The notes under the pieces are model-generated. The model was not told the DNA's origin and searched no databases. It saw only the letters and a list, made by a program, of their open reading frames with translations. Positions 13,244 to 24,912 of a stretch of DNA of 64,000 nucleotides are shown piece by piece (position 1 is the stretch's first letter; each line of letters starts with the position of its first letter). Made by a program: the position numbers and the translations under genes. The stretch spans positions 7,502,001-7,566,000 of the forward strand of contig JBHGNT010000007.1 of assembly GCA_043228905.1 (NCBI GenBank), written 5' to 3'. Source of the stretch: Azolla caroliniana. Taxonomy: Eukaryota > Plantae > Polypodiophyta.

Positions 13244-13249
13244 AAATCC
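13186..13249 (-). promoter_or_regulatory. Predicted -1 ribosomal frameshift signal (G GAU UUU plus H-type pseudoknot)
   Basis: Heptamer at 13249-13243; 5-nt spacer; 11-bp stem CGGACUGUUGC/GUGAUAGUCCG; loop GUGGGG complementary to downstream CCCCAC; the -1 frame is open into pol. Confidence 0.8.
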
Positions 13250-15279
13250 ATTCTCACTTGGGACAAGAGTTCCCTCTTGTTCCTTTCGTGATTTGCCGGC
13301 ACCGTTAGGAATTGGACGGATTTCCCTCCGTTTTGGCTCCGAATTCGCGCAAAAGCCGCACCACTATCGAGCACCTTCGTCTCCATCCGTGAAGCCGTGA
13401 TAAAGGGTTGGCCGAGGATGACAGAATGTGAAACCTCATCCTGCACAAAGAAATTTTGGTCAATTTCGACATCCCCGATCTTTACCGTCACATCCGGACA
13501 AGCCGCAAATAGGTCTTCTGTCGTTTTCGTGGCTGCCCGAATCTTCCATCCATGGTTGGTGTTTATAGGCCACTTCCCCTTTCGGTAGAACTCCTTGGAC
13601 ATCAAGTTGATCTCCGATCTGTGATCAATCAATGCTAGCACGGGTTCTTTGATGTTGCCGATTCGGACCGGAGTCTCCGTAGTCGCACGTGCCCAGTGTG
13701 GCCTTGTATAGTGGGAGTTCGGGATTTCGCCTTCCACTTCGGTGTCGTTCATTGAAACGGTATTTGCATTCACCCTTGGAGCATTTTCCTCCGTACTTTG
13801 TCTCTTTCTTTTCACGAGATCCACGAGAAGATCGTGAAACTCCTTCTTCGCTATTCCGAGTAGTTCTCGCAGCGAAAAATCTACCCGGCTATCCAAGATT
13901 CTTTCCTCGAACACTCTTTTCAAGTCGGTTTGTTGTTCTATGTCCGAGGCGAGCTTGAATGCCGGAGTCGCCTTTTCTTTTCCCTTACCTCCGGAGTTCC
14001 AGCTTTCCGGTATCTTCGATGGTCCGGCCGCATCCTCCGTGCGCCGTCGTTTCTCGTCCACATACACCTCATGTAATTGACACAGGGCGTATATGCTATT
14101 CTTGTCGACAGGGCACTCCCATCCCGTAGCTTCCCGGACGCCTTCCGCGGTGTTTCGGATATCGTTGGAGTCGGTTTTCTCGGTGTTTCCTAGCACCTCC
14201 GGCCAGAAAGACGCCTTCGCTCCCGTTGACTCCCCGACACATATTCCCGCGGTTGTCGCATAGTTGCTTCTTGCCGCTAACTCCTCCTCGAGCACCTTCT
14301 TCATGCCGCCTTTCCGGAAGTTCGGTCGGAGTGGCTTCCGAGAGTCCATCGAATGAACCCGGTTTCCCTCGTAGTAGATGAGATCCCGTCGTAGCGCCTC
14401 CTTATGGTCGTCGCAATCCCTCCGATCGTGTTCGGCGCTATCGCACCATATGCACCGTCGATCCGTATATTTGGAGCTTGTGGGGCGGTCGTCCGACTTC
14501 TTCACCATCGCGATCTTTAGATTCTCCATCTCCTTCAGCAGCTGCTCCACCGTAGACGCGTCGACTCCCTTCTCGGCCGTAATCTCCCGAGCCCTCGGTT
14601 GATGGTCTTCCAGTCCCGTTCTCGGTTTCGGAATCGGTTCCGAAACCCTCTTTTCTTCGTTGGCAAGCCATTGCCCCCTCTTCGTGTACCGCGCGACGAT
14701 ATCCCGCACGCTTTCCCATGTTTCGGTGAGGCCGCTTTCGGTGGTCGCGTCCTCAAGAAGCACTCCGAGATCTTTCCGGTCCCGGACGTCCACAGCTCGC
14801 AAAAACATGATGACTTTGTCCGGCGCAAGTATAGTTTGATCTCTCGCGGACAACCTCCCGAACCGACTTTCGAATGTCGAAAACACTTCGAGGACCTTCA
14901 ACCCCTTACCTGACGTTTCCACCCAATCCTCGAATCCCCTCCGCGTTGCCTTGGAGGAGTCCTCGATGGCAAACGTGGTCTTTAACGCCTCTTCGAATGC
15001 TTCCCACGTCGGATTTTGTTGTTGCAACCCGTGGATACTCCCTTGAAGCCCGTCGGTCGCCACCCGGTTAAAGGATGTCACTTGCAGTCCTTCCGAAGCC
15101 CGGCACCGGAGCATCTCCGCCTTGTAGTCCTGCAAATATCGCGACACATCCTTACCATTAAATTGCCCGTTGCGTTGCACGAGCCGCTCTACTGATGCCG
15201 AAATCTCCGACATCGTGCGTTGTTCTTGAAGCATCCGTTCGAACATCGCCATCATATTGTTAGCTTGTTGAGCCTCCAT
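13240..15279 (-). CDS. Gypsy ORF1: Gag with zinc knuckle plus aspartic protease
   Basis: Open frame with CIWCDSAEHDRRDC knuckle and protease-like ALIDHRSEIN..VILGQPF. First ATG after the PBS is at 15279; the track start at 15366 lies inside the LTR. Confidence 0.85.
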   Translation of the reverse strand: MEAQQANNMMAMFERMLQEQRTMSEISASVERLVQRNGQFNGKDVSRYLQDYKAEMLRCRASEGLQVTSFNRVATDGLQGSIHGLQQQNPTWEAFEEALKTTFAIEDSSKATRRGFEDWVETSGKGLKVLEVFSTFESRFGRLSARDQTILAPDKVIMFLRAVDVRDRKDLGVLLEDATTESGLTETWESVRDIVARYTKRGQWLANEEKRVSEPIPKPRTGLEDHQPRAREITAEKGVDASTVEQLLKEMENLKIAMVKKSDDRPTSSKYTDRRCIWCDSAEHDRRDCDDHKEALRRDLIYYEGNRVHSMDSRKPLRPNFRKGGMKKVLEEELAARSNYATTAGICVGESTGAKASFWPEVLGNTEKTDSNDIRNTAEGVREATGWECPVDKNSIYALCQLHEVYVDEKRRRTEDAAGPSKIPESWNSGGKGKEKATPAFKLASDIEQQTDLKRVFEERILDSRVDFSLRELLGIAKKEFHDLLVDLVKRKRQSTEENAPRVNANTVSMNDTEVEGEIPNSHYTRPHWARATTETPVRIGNIKEPVLALIDHRSEINLMSKEFYRKGKWPINTNHGWKIRAATKTTEDLFAACPDVTVKIGDVEIDQNFFVQDEVSHSVILGQPFITASRMETKVLDSGAAFARIRSQNGGKSVQFLTVPANHERNKRELLSQVRMDF

Positions 15280-15295
15280 CTCCTTGCCGCCCGTT

Positions 15296-15313
15296 TTCAC
15301 GTCGGGTTCACCA
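15296..15313 (-). promoter_or_regulatory. Primer-binding site complementary to plant tRNA-Trp
   Basis: TGGTGAACCCGACGTGAA lies 4 nt inside the LTR and matches the recalled 3' end of plant cytosolic tRNA-Trp (...TTCACGTCGGGTTCACCA). Confidence 0.8.
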
Positions 15314-15317
15314 ACTG

Positions 15318-16144
15318 TGTCGTGCCTTTCGGCTCCGGATCGTTGCGTGAGTCGGGTGGGAACCACAGAGGTCTTGGACTAGGAGAAAGAAGTTCGTGAG
15401 ATAGAGATTAATTATGAGTAAATAGCAAAGAGAAAGATAAGAAACTCGTGAATCACACGAGTATACTATATTAATTGGTACTTAGGGTGTTAAGAGAGAA
15501 GTAGATGTATAAATCGTGAATCCCACGAATAATTTTTGTATTGATTAATTCTTAATCCAAATAATCAACAACAACTACAATGTGCTCCCCGTCCTTATAT
15601 AGTGATGGGAGAGACTAAGCATAGCTACATGCTTTTTCTAATATGATCATGCACACTAAATGTGCATGTAATGCTTTTTTTATTTCCTAAGTATAGGGCC
15701 CATGCACGCTAGATGTGCATGAGTTATTTTTAGTGTCTCGCGTTTTTCTTTTTCATATATTAAGAAAAATACACGATTTACCTTTTAATAAAGGTATGCA
15801 TAAATAAAGGTCTTATACATATTAAATCTATATTTAGAACACTTAAGAGAATTTAATGTAATGGTAAGGTTGGGGTTTGTCAACGTGGAGGTGCAGAGTT
15901 CGAATCACGCCCTGCGCAGTAGTGAGTATTTCCTTTCTTTTTACATTTATGTCTCTTTATCCGGCTCTTCCTTGCCGGTATGCCGTTTTCTTCCTTGCCG
16001 GTATGCCGTTTTCCTCCTTGCCGGTATGCCGTTTTTCCCTCTTGCCGGTATGCCGTTTTCTTCCGGTTCTCACCGAGCACTCCATTCTCTATCCGGAGAG
16101 ACAAAAATATAATTTCCACATAGTGTGCAACCTACACTACGACA
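15318..16144 (-). repeat. 5' LTR of the Gypsy element
   Basis: Direct repeat of 8824-9650; followed on the minus strand by the PBS. Confidence 0.97.
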
Positions 16145-16361
16145 ACGTGGATGCGTACACTACGGCGCGGTCAAGACTTTTGCACGCGGATGCGTACACG
16201 GTGCAGGTTGGACGCGCGCGCGTGTGGATGCCTACACTACTATACGGTCGGGACTTTTGCGAGCGGACGCGTCTACGGTTTGGTTGCGACGCACATACGG
16301 ATTGTGCACGGGCTAAAGTTTATGAATGATTGTGTCATTTGGCCGAATCATACGGACAATC

Positions 16362-16492
16362 GCATGCAACCAAAAGCCAAGGCCATGCAACTAAAAGTAA
16401 AAGGCATGCATCTAAAAATGGAAGCATGCAACTAAAAGCAGAGGCCATGCAACTAAAAATAGAAGCCATCCAACTAAAAGTGGGCATGCAAA
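16362..16492. repeat. ~21-bp tandem repeat (GCATGCAACTAAAA core), about 6 copies
   Basis: Seen directly inside the 7453-16936 element. Confidence 0.85.
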
Positions 16493-17185
16493 GTAATATT
16501 GGGGAGGAGCATCAACGAGGAGCTCGATATATGTCCCATTTTTTTCCGTCCTAGTTTTTTCCCCCCCTTCTTTCTTCTTCCCTCTCGGATTCGAGAAATA
16601 AATTATCTCACATATTGATATCAAACTCCTAGCTTTGTTTACTCGATCTTTCTGGTAAAAAATTATCTCTCGTATTCATATCGGACCACTCCTTGCATGG
16701 TTGTTGGCTCCTTTCTTTGAAAAATTAATCTCTCATTTCCATACCCAACCCATTGTAACACAATTCTGAAATTATAAAGAATCGATTTTCTTTTGCAATA
16801 AACTAATGATTTGTCTCTCCCACTTGTCTTATGCTTAAAACTTGCTTTTGTTGTACATGTTGCTCTAAATCCTTCTAGTCCAGAACCCCGGCGGTTTCGT
16901 CTCACAATCCGCACATAGTGACGGATTTTGACGACACCGTCGTCATCTTTGCCACCGGGGCAAAGGTCTCCTCGTAGTCAACTCCATGCGTCTGAGCGTA
17001 TCCTTTCGCTACGAGTCGAGTTTTGTAGCGGTTTACGGAGCCATCGACGTTATACTTCACCTTGTAGATCCATCTGCATCCGATCGCCTTTTTGTGTGGT
17101 GAGGTGGAAACGAGATCTCACGTCTCATTCTTCCGTAGTGCCTGCATCTCCTCGTTCATTGCTTCGATCCATCACGGGTCCTTTG

Positions 17186-17794
17186 TGATGAAAATAAACG
17201 AAACTTTCCAAACTTCACCTCTCGGCCACAACCAAGGAAACACACGAATCGTTGTTGCAGAAAATGGGAAATGCGAAAAATAGAGAGGACACACGATTTA
17301 TCGTGGAAAACCCTGTACGGGAAAAACCACGGGAGTACAAGACTCCAAACCAACACTATACAAGGAGAAGTATACAATGGCGAGCTGCAAGGCGACGACC
17401 TTGAGCTCGCTGTTCTCGCCACAGGCGGCGGAAATACACAGAGGCGTCGTCCTCTTCCTCTCTCGCGCTCTATCTCTCTCTCTCTCTCTCGGCTGCTCTC
17501 TCTTCACTCCTCTAGAGTGGAAAAACAGAAAAATGAATAGCAACAACAAAACTGTTTGCCCTAAGTCATATTTATACATATATGACTTTGGGGCTATTTA
17601 CAACTATAGCCTCAGGGGCCCATAGGGAACATATTCACGGATATGTCCCTGCATCCGGATCGCTCTCCGGGTACATTCGTCATCCGGCACCGAAGCCGGG
17701 GTCTTCATCATCCGGATCCGAAACCGAAACCGGGCTCGTCGGCATTCATCTCCGACATCCGACCATCCCATCCGAAGGGATCGTAATCCCAACA
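17186..17794 (-). mobile_element. Solo LTR (609 bp), Copia-type
   Basis: TG..CA ends; TSD CTTTG (17181-17185, 17795-17799). Shares CTCGGCCACAACC and CGTGGAAAACCCT..GGGAAAAACCAC motifs with the Copia LTR at 51087. Confidence 0.92.
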
Positions 17795-20724
17795 CTTTGC
17801 GGCTTCCGAAAAGGTTTCCGGCTCCCGTATTGTCGCTACCTTCATCATAAAGGCGTAATGGTATGCCATATAATCGTTGTAGCTGAATCGGCTTACATGG
17901 TTCTTTTCACAGGTGGATCAGCAGAGTTTTTCATTTGCAGAGATGAGGGCTTTCTTAGCTCCGATTGGTACCTTGAAACCACCGAACTCACTGTCGAGTG
18001 AGTGAGTCGACTCATCGTCGTTGAAGCAATCGTCTTCGTATTCCGACATTTTCACCTTGCCTTTGTCCATCTTCGGGCTAGGTCATGATTTGCTTTGATC
18101 GTTCAAAGGCTCTTGTTGTCCGCTCAATCGGGTCGTGATTGGACTTTCTTCGAATATGCGCGTAAGGCGATCTTCATCCTTGATCTCTTGTTCGGCAAAT
18201 TCCGGGTCGAGCGGAGTTGGAGTCGGAGTTGTCTCAAGTGCGTACCAGGATGCGGACTCGTAAAAAACGACGTCTCGACTTACTCGAGATTTTCGAGTTG
18301 AAGGGTTGTAGCACTTGTACCCCTTTTGCTCCAATGAGTATCCTACGAGGATACATTTCTCTGACTTCGGGTCAAGCTTTTGACGCTTCTCGTCGGGGAT
18401 GTGCACGTACGCTATCGCTTCGAATATGTGGATGTGCGATAAGTTTGGCTTCTTTCCGAAGTATTTTTCGTGTGGAGTGACCTCGTGCACGCCGGATGTT
18501 GTGCACACCGGTTCATTAGGTAGACGACCGTATTTGCAGCTTCGGCCCAATATGACTTGGGCATATGCTTCTCGTTCATCATGGCCCACGCTACTTCGAG
18601 GATGTGCCGATTTTTGTGCTCGGCTACCCCGTTTTGTTGCGGAGTGTGTCAGCAAGTAAATTCTCGCCGAATTCCTTCCTTTCGGAGATACGCCGTGAAG
18701 TCGTCCGAGAAGTACTCCTTGCCGCCATCCGATCGAAGACAACGTACATGTCGGCCCGTGGCTTTCTCGACTTCATTCTTGAAAGTTTGGAAGTGTCCAA
18801 ACACTTCGCTCTTTTGCTGCATCGGGTAGATCCAAGTGTGCCTGGAGAAGTTGTCGATGAAGAGCACGTAATATCGGCATTCGCCGAATGTAGCCGTCTG
18901 CGTCGGTCCCCATACGTCGAAATGGACTACGTCGAGTAGACCTTTGCTCACGTTCCGCTCTTTCGGGAATGGGTGTCGGTGTTGCTTGCCGAATTGGCAC
19001 GCTTCACATACACCTTCAATCTCCTTCTCTTTGAATGTTGGGAGTCCGATGACAACTCCTTTCGATTTCATTGCTTTGAGCTTTTGGAGATTTATATGGC
19101 CAATCCGCTTGTGCCATAACTCTATGTCGGAGTCAACTTTCATGACCTTTGCGAACATGACGCATTTCATCTCGTGTGAGTCGAGAATGAACATTCGGCC
19201 CTCTCTTCGTCCACGTGCGATGAGTCGGCCCTCTTTTTCAATGAAGCAATTGCCTTGATTAAATCGAACTTGCATCCCTTGCTCTACAATTTGGCCGACG
19301 GAGACCAAATTCTTTGTAATGGTCGGTACATGCAAGACATTTTTAATGTAATTTTGCATACCTTCTTTTCCAAACGGAACATTGCCGATGGGCCGAATCG
19401 AGTGCGTAGTGTCGTCTCTGGTTTCGACATAGCCGGGTCGGTCCGGCTCTCGAAGTTCTCGGAACCATTTTTGATGCGATGTCATATGGTTCGAGGCACC
19501 GGAATCGACGAACCATACGTCTTCCGGACCGGAGGCACTAGTTGAGGTAGAGGCCGACATAGGGTTTGCTCTATGTTTCATCATGAACATTCTGCCACGG
19601 TCGGAGTTGCGTGCATACATTCCACCACGATCTTCGTAGTCGGAGTTGTTCCCGTACATTCCGCTATACTCTTCGTAGTCAGAATTGTGTGCGTAATTCG
19701 TGAGTTGTCGGCTTGTAGAAGCCGATTCACGCATCTTCTTTCGGCACTCTTCTTCGTGGTGGCCGAGCTTTCCGCAATATCTGCATTCGGTTGCGTTTTG
19801 ACGGCTCGGGCCGGAGTGGAAGCTCCCCCTTCTTGCGAAGGTTCCTCGTTGGCCTCCGTTTTGCGGCCGAAATTGGGAGTTGTTGTCGTAGGTCGAACCT
19901 TGTCTGCCTTGTCCTTGGCTGAATTGGCCTCTCGCTCGTTCGCGTCCTCTTCCTCCATTAGAGTGCGTGTAGAGCATGTGGCCTTTCGACTCATTGCTCC
20001 TTGTACGCACGTGGTTTTCTTTGACCAATAGCATTGATTGGAGCTCGAAGAAGGAGGGAGATTTCTCCCATGCTAGAACAACGGTTCGCATCGCGCCGAA
20101 CCGTGGTGCGAGGCTGCCAAGGCATATTTGCACCATCTCATCATCATCTATACCTACGCTTATTGAGCCGAGAGAGTCGCAAAGCTCCTTGATCTTCAAG
20201 GTGTATGTCGTGATGGACATGTCCCTTTGTTGAATGTTGTTCAACTCTTGCCGGAGTTGAAGCTTCCTCGCGGTCGTGTTGGCGGCGAAAATCTTTCGTA
20301 GATTTTCCCATGCTTCCTTCAGCGTCTTGGCTTCTCGAATGTAACCAAGCATGTGGTCATGAACACATGTTGCCAAACAATACATCACGCGGCTTGCGGC
20401 TTGCTCCCATGTCGCGTATCCAGGAGCCACTTCGGCGGGTCGGTCTTCATGCGCTCCTTTGATGTAGCTCCAATAGCCTTGTCGGACAAGGTATTGGTGC
20501 ATCTTGTACTCCCAAGATGCGAAGTTGTTTCGATCCAACTTCTCGGTAGGGAGAGCGCTCCCCATTTGAGTATTCATTATGTCGATTCTTCTTCTTCTTC
20601 TTCTCTCTTCGAATGAGAGCTATGTAGCGAAGCTACGATAGCGATAAGCCGGTTCTTGGTCATCGGCGTGGAGCACAACACACGATCACGATGAGGCGAA
20701 TGGGCTAGATCGAGCTACCAAATC

Positions 20725-20736
20725 GCTTTGATACCA
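20725..20736 (-). promoter_or_regulatory. PBS of Copia A (initiator tRNA-Met type)
   Basis: TGGTATCAAAGC directly adjacent to the LTR (canonical TGGTATCAGAGC). Confidence 0.9.
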
Positions 20737-20794
20737 TGTAAAGAATCAAGAGATGGATTCTTGTGAAGCGGAATAGGTGTGAACTGTGTGTGTG

Positions 20795-20830
<36 letters not shown>

Positions 20831-20989
20831 ACACACACACACAGAGTATACGCAAGGTTAAGTATATTAACAAAGGGGAAAGACACAACAACATACAAGG
20901 TGGGAGGAGGGTGCTTTATATAGTCTCCCTCTCTCTTCATTAACTACAAGACTCATGGAGCATGGGGAATGTGAAAGCTCATAAGTTAT

Positions 20990-22165
20990 TGTTAGGAAAC
21001 AGGTCCCTCCGGATGGGAAGTGAGAAGAACAGTACTGATGAGGAAACTTGGTCGAGGCCGATAGGCTGAGGCCGAAACCGGATGACGAGTACCCGGCTAC
21101 GGAAGACCCGGTGAGAACCGGATGACGAGTACCCGGCTACGGAAGACCCGGTGAGAACCGGATGACGAGTACTCGGCAACGGAAGACCCGGTGAGAACCG
21201 GATGACGAGTACCCGGCAAGAGCCGGATGGTTGAAGGCCCGGTGAGAAGTGCTCACCGGATGAAGGGACATATTTGTAAATATGTTTTCTGAGAGTCCAT
21301 CGAGGCTATATTTGTAAATAGCCAAAAAGTCATATTAGTATAAATATGACTTACGACAAAATTAGTATATGGTTGTTGTCATTCTTGTTGGTGCAAGATT
21401 AGAGCGCAATAGTGTACAGAGAGAGAGAGAGAGAGAAAGAAAGAGACGAAGAGTTCGTATGTCTGTTATAACCGCCTCCTGTGGTGAAGATAGTGAACAA
21501 GAGGTCGTTGCCTCTGTGTTCATCTATTGTATATTGTTACATAGTGATAGTTAGCAGTTAGTGGACTGCCGTTGTTTTTCCCGTGTTTGGGTTTTTCCAC
21601 GTAAACATCCTGTGTACTCTTCTCTCCATTGTGTCATGCATTCATTGCCCGTTTTCTGTGTTTGATTCTAAGCTCGGTTGTGGCCGAGCGTTGTTCATCG
21701 AGAGCGTGTAGTTGTCAAGATTCGACTCTTGCATGACCATGTTATAATCGTGTGTTATGTGTTAACCACACATCTAGCATATAATCATGTATATACTTCC
21801 TCATTGTAGGTTTTAGCTAGCATCATGTGCATAATTTCTCCCTTGTATTATTAACACTTGGCACATGCATGCGTACCTATTGCCTACATACTCTATTGTA
21901 TCACATGCGTGCAACAAGTATGCATGGCACTTAGTATAAATAGTTGAGTTCACCTTGAAGGAATTCAAGGTGAATTCCTTCAAGGTGAACAACGCCAGTC
22001 ATGGACATATCAATCTAGTATTCTCATTTCGCCCAATCTTGTCTCCTTAATCTTCATCTCTATCTTTATGCTCTTGTGTCATTCCGTCATCGCTTTATCG
22101 TAGCCTCATCATCCGTGCTCCGTCTTAGTCCGTACTTGGTGTGTCCGTGACAGTAGTTTCTGATA
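20990..22165 (+). mobile_element. Solo LTR (~730 bp net) related to 17186-17794, opposite orientation; contains a 40-bp tandem array at 21076-21219
   Basis: TSD GTTAT (20985-20989, 22166-22170); starts TGTTAGGAAAC; carries reverse-complement motifs GGTTGTGGCCGAG and CCGCCTCCTGTGGTGAAGA. Confidence 0.88.
21713..22152 (+). mobile_element. Second solo LTR (440 bp) nested in the previous solo LTR
   Basis: TGTCA...TGACA ends; TSD GTAGT (21708-21712, 22153-22157); its own TATAAATA at 21935. Confidence 0.88.
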
Positions 22166-22318
22166 GTTATGTGTCATAGAATATGATTCTATGAATCATA
22201 CTAAATGCTAGAATACAGAGTGGTGACTTAATGGTGACTCTTGACCTTTGGAGTGTCTATTCACTCTCAAGGTGAGTTCACACACTAGACCAAGTTGAGC
22301 TTGATTCTCAACAACCCA

Positions 22319-24912
22319 CAATTGTTAATGACAAATGAGGTGAGTAGAGCACGTCATGAGTTTTATGATGTGGATGTATTGTGGATGACCTCATTAGTCA
22401 TGAATTGGGAGGATTTCACTGAGGATGAGGTGGACACAATTTTAAGGCATCTTCTTAGTGGTAAGAGCCCTGGTTGGGATGGCTTGACAAATGAAGTTTT
22501 TAAGCGATATTCACACATTTTAAAGGGGCCCTTAACTTTAATGTTTCAACATTCTTGGGATTCTGGTTGTATGCCTCAAGCTTGAAAGGTTGGTCTAATT
22601 AAATTTGTTCCAAAGGTGGCATCTCCAAACTCATTTCATCAATGGAGACCTATTTCTTTGATGGGGGGGTTGTATAAGATATTTACAAAGGTCTTGGCAA
22701 ATAGATTACAAAAGTATTTGCCAAAGTTGATACATCCCGCCCAATATGGTTTTATTGCAGGTAGGAATATATTGCATAATGTGTTGAATGTTCAAATGGC
22801 CATGGATTATGCTCCAAACACTCATCAAGAATTGATTATGGTGCAATTAGATTTGGAGAAAGCTTATGATCATGTTAATTGATCCTTTGTTTCTGGGTTA
22901 ATGCATACAATGGGCTTTGGACCTTGTATGTTTCACCTCATATTTTTATTAGGACAAGATGCGGTGTCTCGATTCATGCTTAATGGAGGAGTTACATCAG
23001 ATATTGCCCTTACAAGATTCGTTCGTCAAGGATGCCCTATTAGCCCGTTGTTGTTTGCTATTGTTACTCATCCCTTGTTAGTGATGCTATCAAGGCTTGC
23101 AACAAATGGTGATATTGTGGGTTTACACCTTCCGTCTGGAGGGCAACTAGTTGCACAAGCTTTGGCTAATGATTCTTACATGTTTCTACAAGCCTCATGA
23201 GAGAATCTTGAGAAGGGGATGCTTGTATGGAACCAATTTGCATTGGCTTTCGGATTACATATTAATTGGAGGAAGTCTAGTCTCATATCATGTACTGAAA
23301 GGGATTTGGAATGTTTAGGATGACAAGGATCCATGGTGAAGAAAGGCTCTATTTTTCGACACTTGGGCTATCCATTAGGAATGAATGTTACAAATGGTCA
23401 ATTGATTGAATGGATGTCTAGTAAGTTGAGGGATAAGTTCATGTATTGGAAATCACAATCTTGGCCATTTCATGTACATTTGAAGGTTGTACAATGTATT
23501 ATGGAACCTATGATATTATATTACTTGTCATTGCTGCCATGGACAAAGAAGGCTTTGCATTCTATTTTGCAACCTCTTCGATATTTGTTGTGGAAGAAAA
23601 GGGATAAGATGGGAATCACTTGGGTTGCATGGAATCATCTAGCAACTCCTAAGCGCTTGTTCAAACTCACAACGATGGATATCTATTGTTCAATATTTCA
23701 TTGAGAACAAGGGTTTAACACATGGGAGGAAAACAATTAAGGCTTCATGATAGCAATTACTAAATGGTTGTATTTCACTTAGGATTCCAGGCTCTACATG
23801 TGTTCAACACTTGGTGACCTCATGGCAAGAAGCACTCTTGTTATGTGTATGGAAACCATCATCTAGTAGAGAGCATAGTAATTCTTTGCAAAAAGAGTTA
23901 CTTGTGTCTTCTCGGTTATTATGTTGGTCAGGAAAGGAGAGATAACGCTCTCAATTTAATCATTTGTTTCGTTTGGGGATCAAAGAGGTGGGAGATATAG
24001 TTGAGGCTCCATCTCAAAGAATTTTGGAGTTTGTTGAAGCACGACAATTATTACGCATTCCGCCTAATTATGGGTTTATTTGGCAACAACTACGAAATAT
24101 TCCATTGATGCAAGGTTCCTTACCTCTACAAACAGGAGAACAATCGTGGATTGATTGGTGTTTAAAGGGTCAAACATCGTTGTTACAAGTGACTACTAAT
24201 CTTTTGTATCATTGCTCTATTGAGTCTCTTGGATGGTTATCATCTAAGGCTGAAGAAGAATGGAGATTACACAAATCTGATCAGGGGTGGTGGCAAATCT
24301 TACAACGTAGTTGGCATTCTAAATGGCCACTTGTAGCAAAGGTCTTCATTTGGAGAGTTTTGATTGGAGGATTGCCTTTGGGATTAGCTCTAAAGCGTCG
24401 TGGACTAGCAATGTGTAATTGCTTTTTTTGCACTGTTCAAATGGAAGATAGTACTCATCGATTTATACAATGCCCGATTGCTTCTCAGATTTGGAGCTAT
24501 GTTTCTCAAATTTGGCAAGTTTTATCACAATGTTATTTGACACCTAGACAATGGGTGTTTGCACAATTTACACCGGTGGACCCAAAGTCAGAGATGGAGA
24601 TTGTTTTTCTATTTTTGAGATATTGGGGATTGCGTCATAATTGGAATATGCGCAATACTTTTGTATTCGATGGTAGACATGGAGTGAAAGCATATCTATG
24701 AAAGTTGAAGGGAGTACTAATGTGACAATTTTCTTTATTGGAGCAAGTGGAAATCCTTTCCTCAGTGGAATGTTCGTCTTGCATATTGGCAATTCAACAT
24801 GTTCCATTACCCATGTAGTGTAGTGTAGTTAGTGGGTGACCATACTTCATGGTCACACCCGTTGTAAGTAGTGTTTTTTACACACATTTATTAATATAAT
24901 TGTGTGTTTTCA

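Larger units (their letters stand above)
8824..16144 (-). mobile_element. Young Ty3/Gypsy-type LTR retrotransposon (7.3 kb)
   Basis: 827-bp LTRs at 8824-9650 and 15318-16144 with one mismatch seen (9381 A vs 15875 G); 4-bp TSD ACGT (8820-8823, 16145-16148); PBS; PPT at 9651-9660; RT-RH-IN order. Confidence 0.97.
7453..16936. mobile_element. Large (~2.16 kb net) solo-LTR-like insertion in the Copia A RT, itself split by the Gypsy element
   Basis: Termini TGTCGT...ACGACA and 4-bp TSD CCGT (7449-7452, 16937-16940). Removing it restores the Copia RT frame KMTTVRT. Confidence 0.85.
6176..20577 (-). pseudogene. Copia A gag-pol polyprotein, interrupted and frameshifted
   Basis: Gag CRYCGKLGHHEEEC knuckle; PR WFVDSGASNHM; IN LWHKRIGH..CEAC and LRSDGGKEY; [26 protein letters not shown]; RH YTDADWAG, ARTKHIEV. 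The RT frame rejoins across the inserts ([11 protein letters not shown]|VRTVIALAA). Confidence 0.93.
5584..22313 (-). mobile_element. Ty1/Copia LTR retrotransposon A, full length, with nested insertions
   Basis: TG..CA LTRs at 5584-5993 and 20737-22313; 5-bp TSD ACCCA (5579-5583, 22314-22318); Met-type PBS; PPT next to the left LTR; gag-PR-IN-RT-RH order. Confidence 0.97.
20737..22313 (-). repeat. 5' LTR of Copia A, interrupted by nested solo LTRs
   Basis: Matches 5584-5993 on both sides of the 20990-22165 insertion. Confidence 0.95.

Noticed and set aside
10038-15071. Plus-strand (antisense) ORFs over the Gypsy coding region
   Set aside because: Shadow ORFs of GC-rich coding sequence with no motifs.
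15280-15366. Gag start inside the LTR as given by the ORF track
   Set aside because: It is a non-ATG start; the first ATG after the PBS (15279) is more plausible.
21076-21219. 40-bp repeat array as a possible CRISPR
   Set aside because: Head-to-tail units without spacers, inside an LTR.
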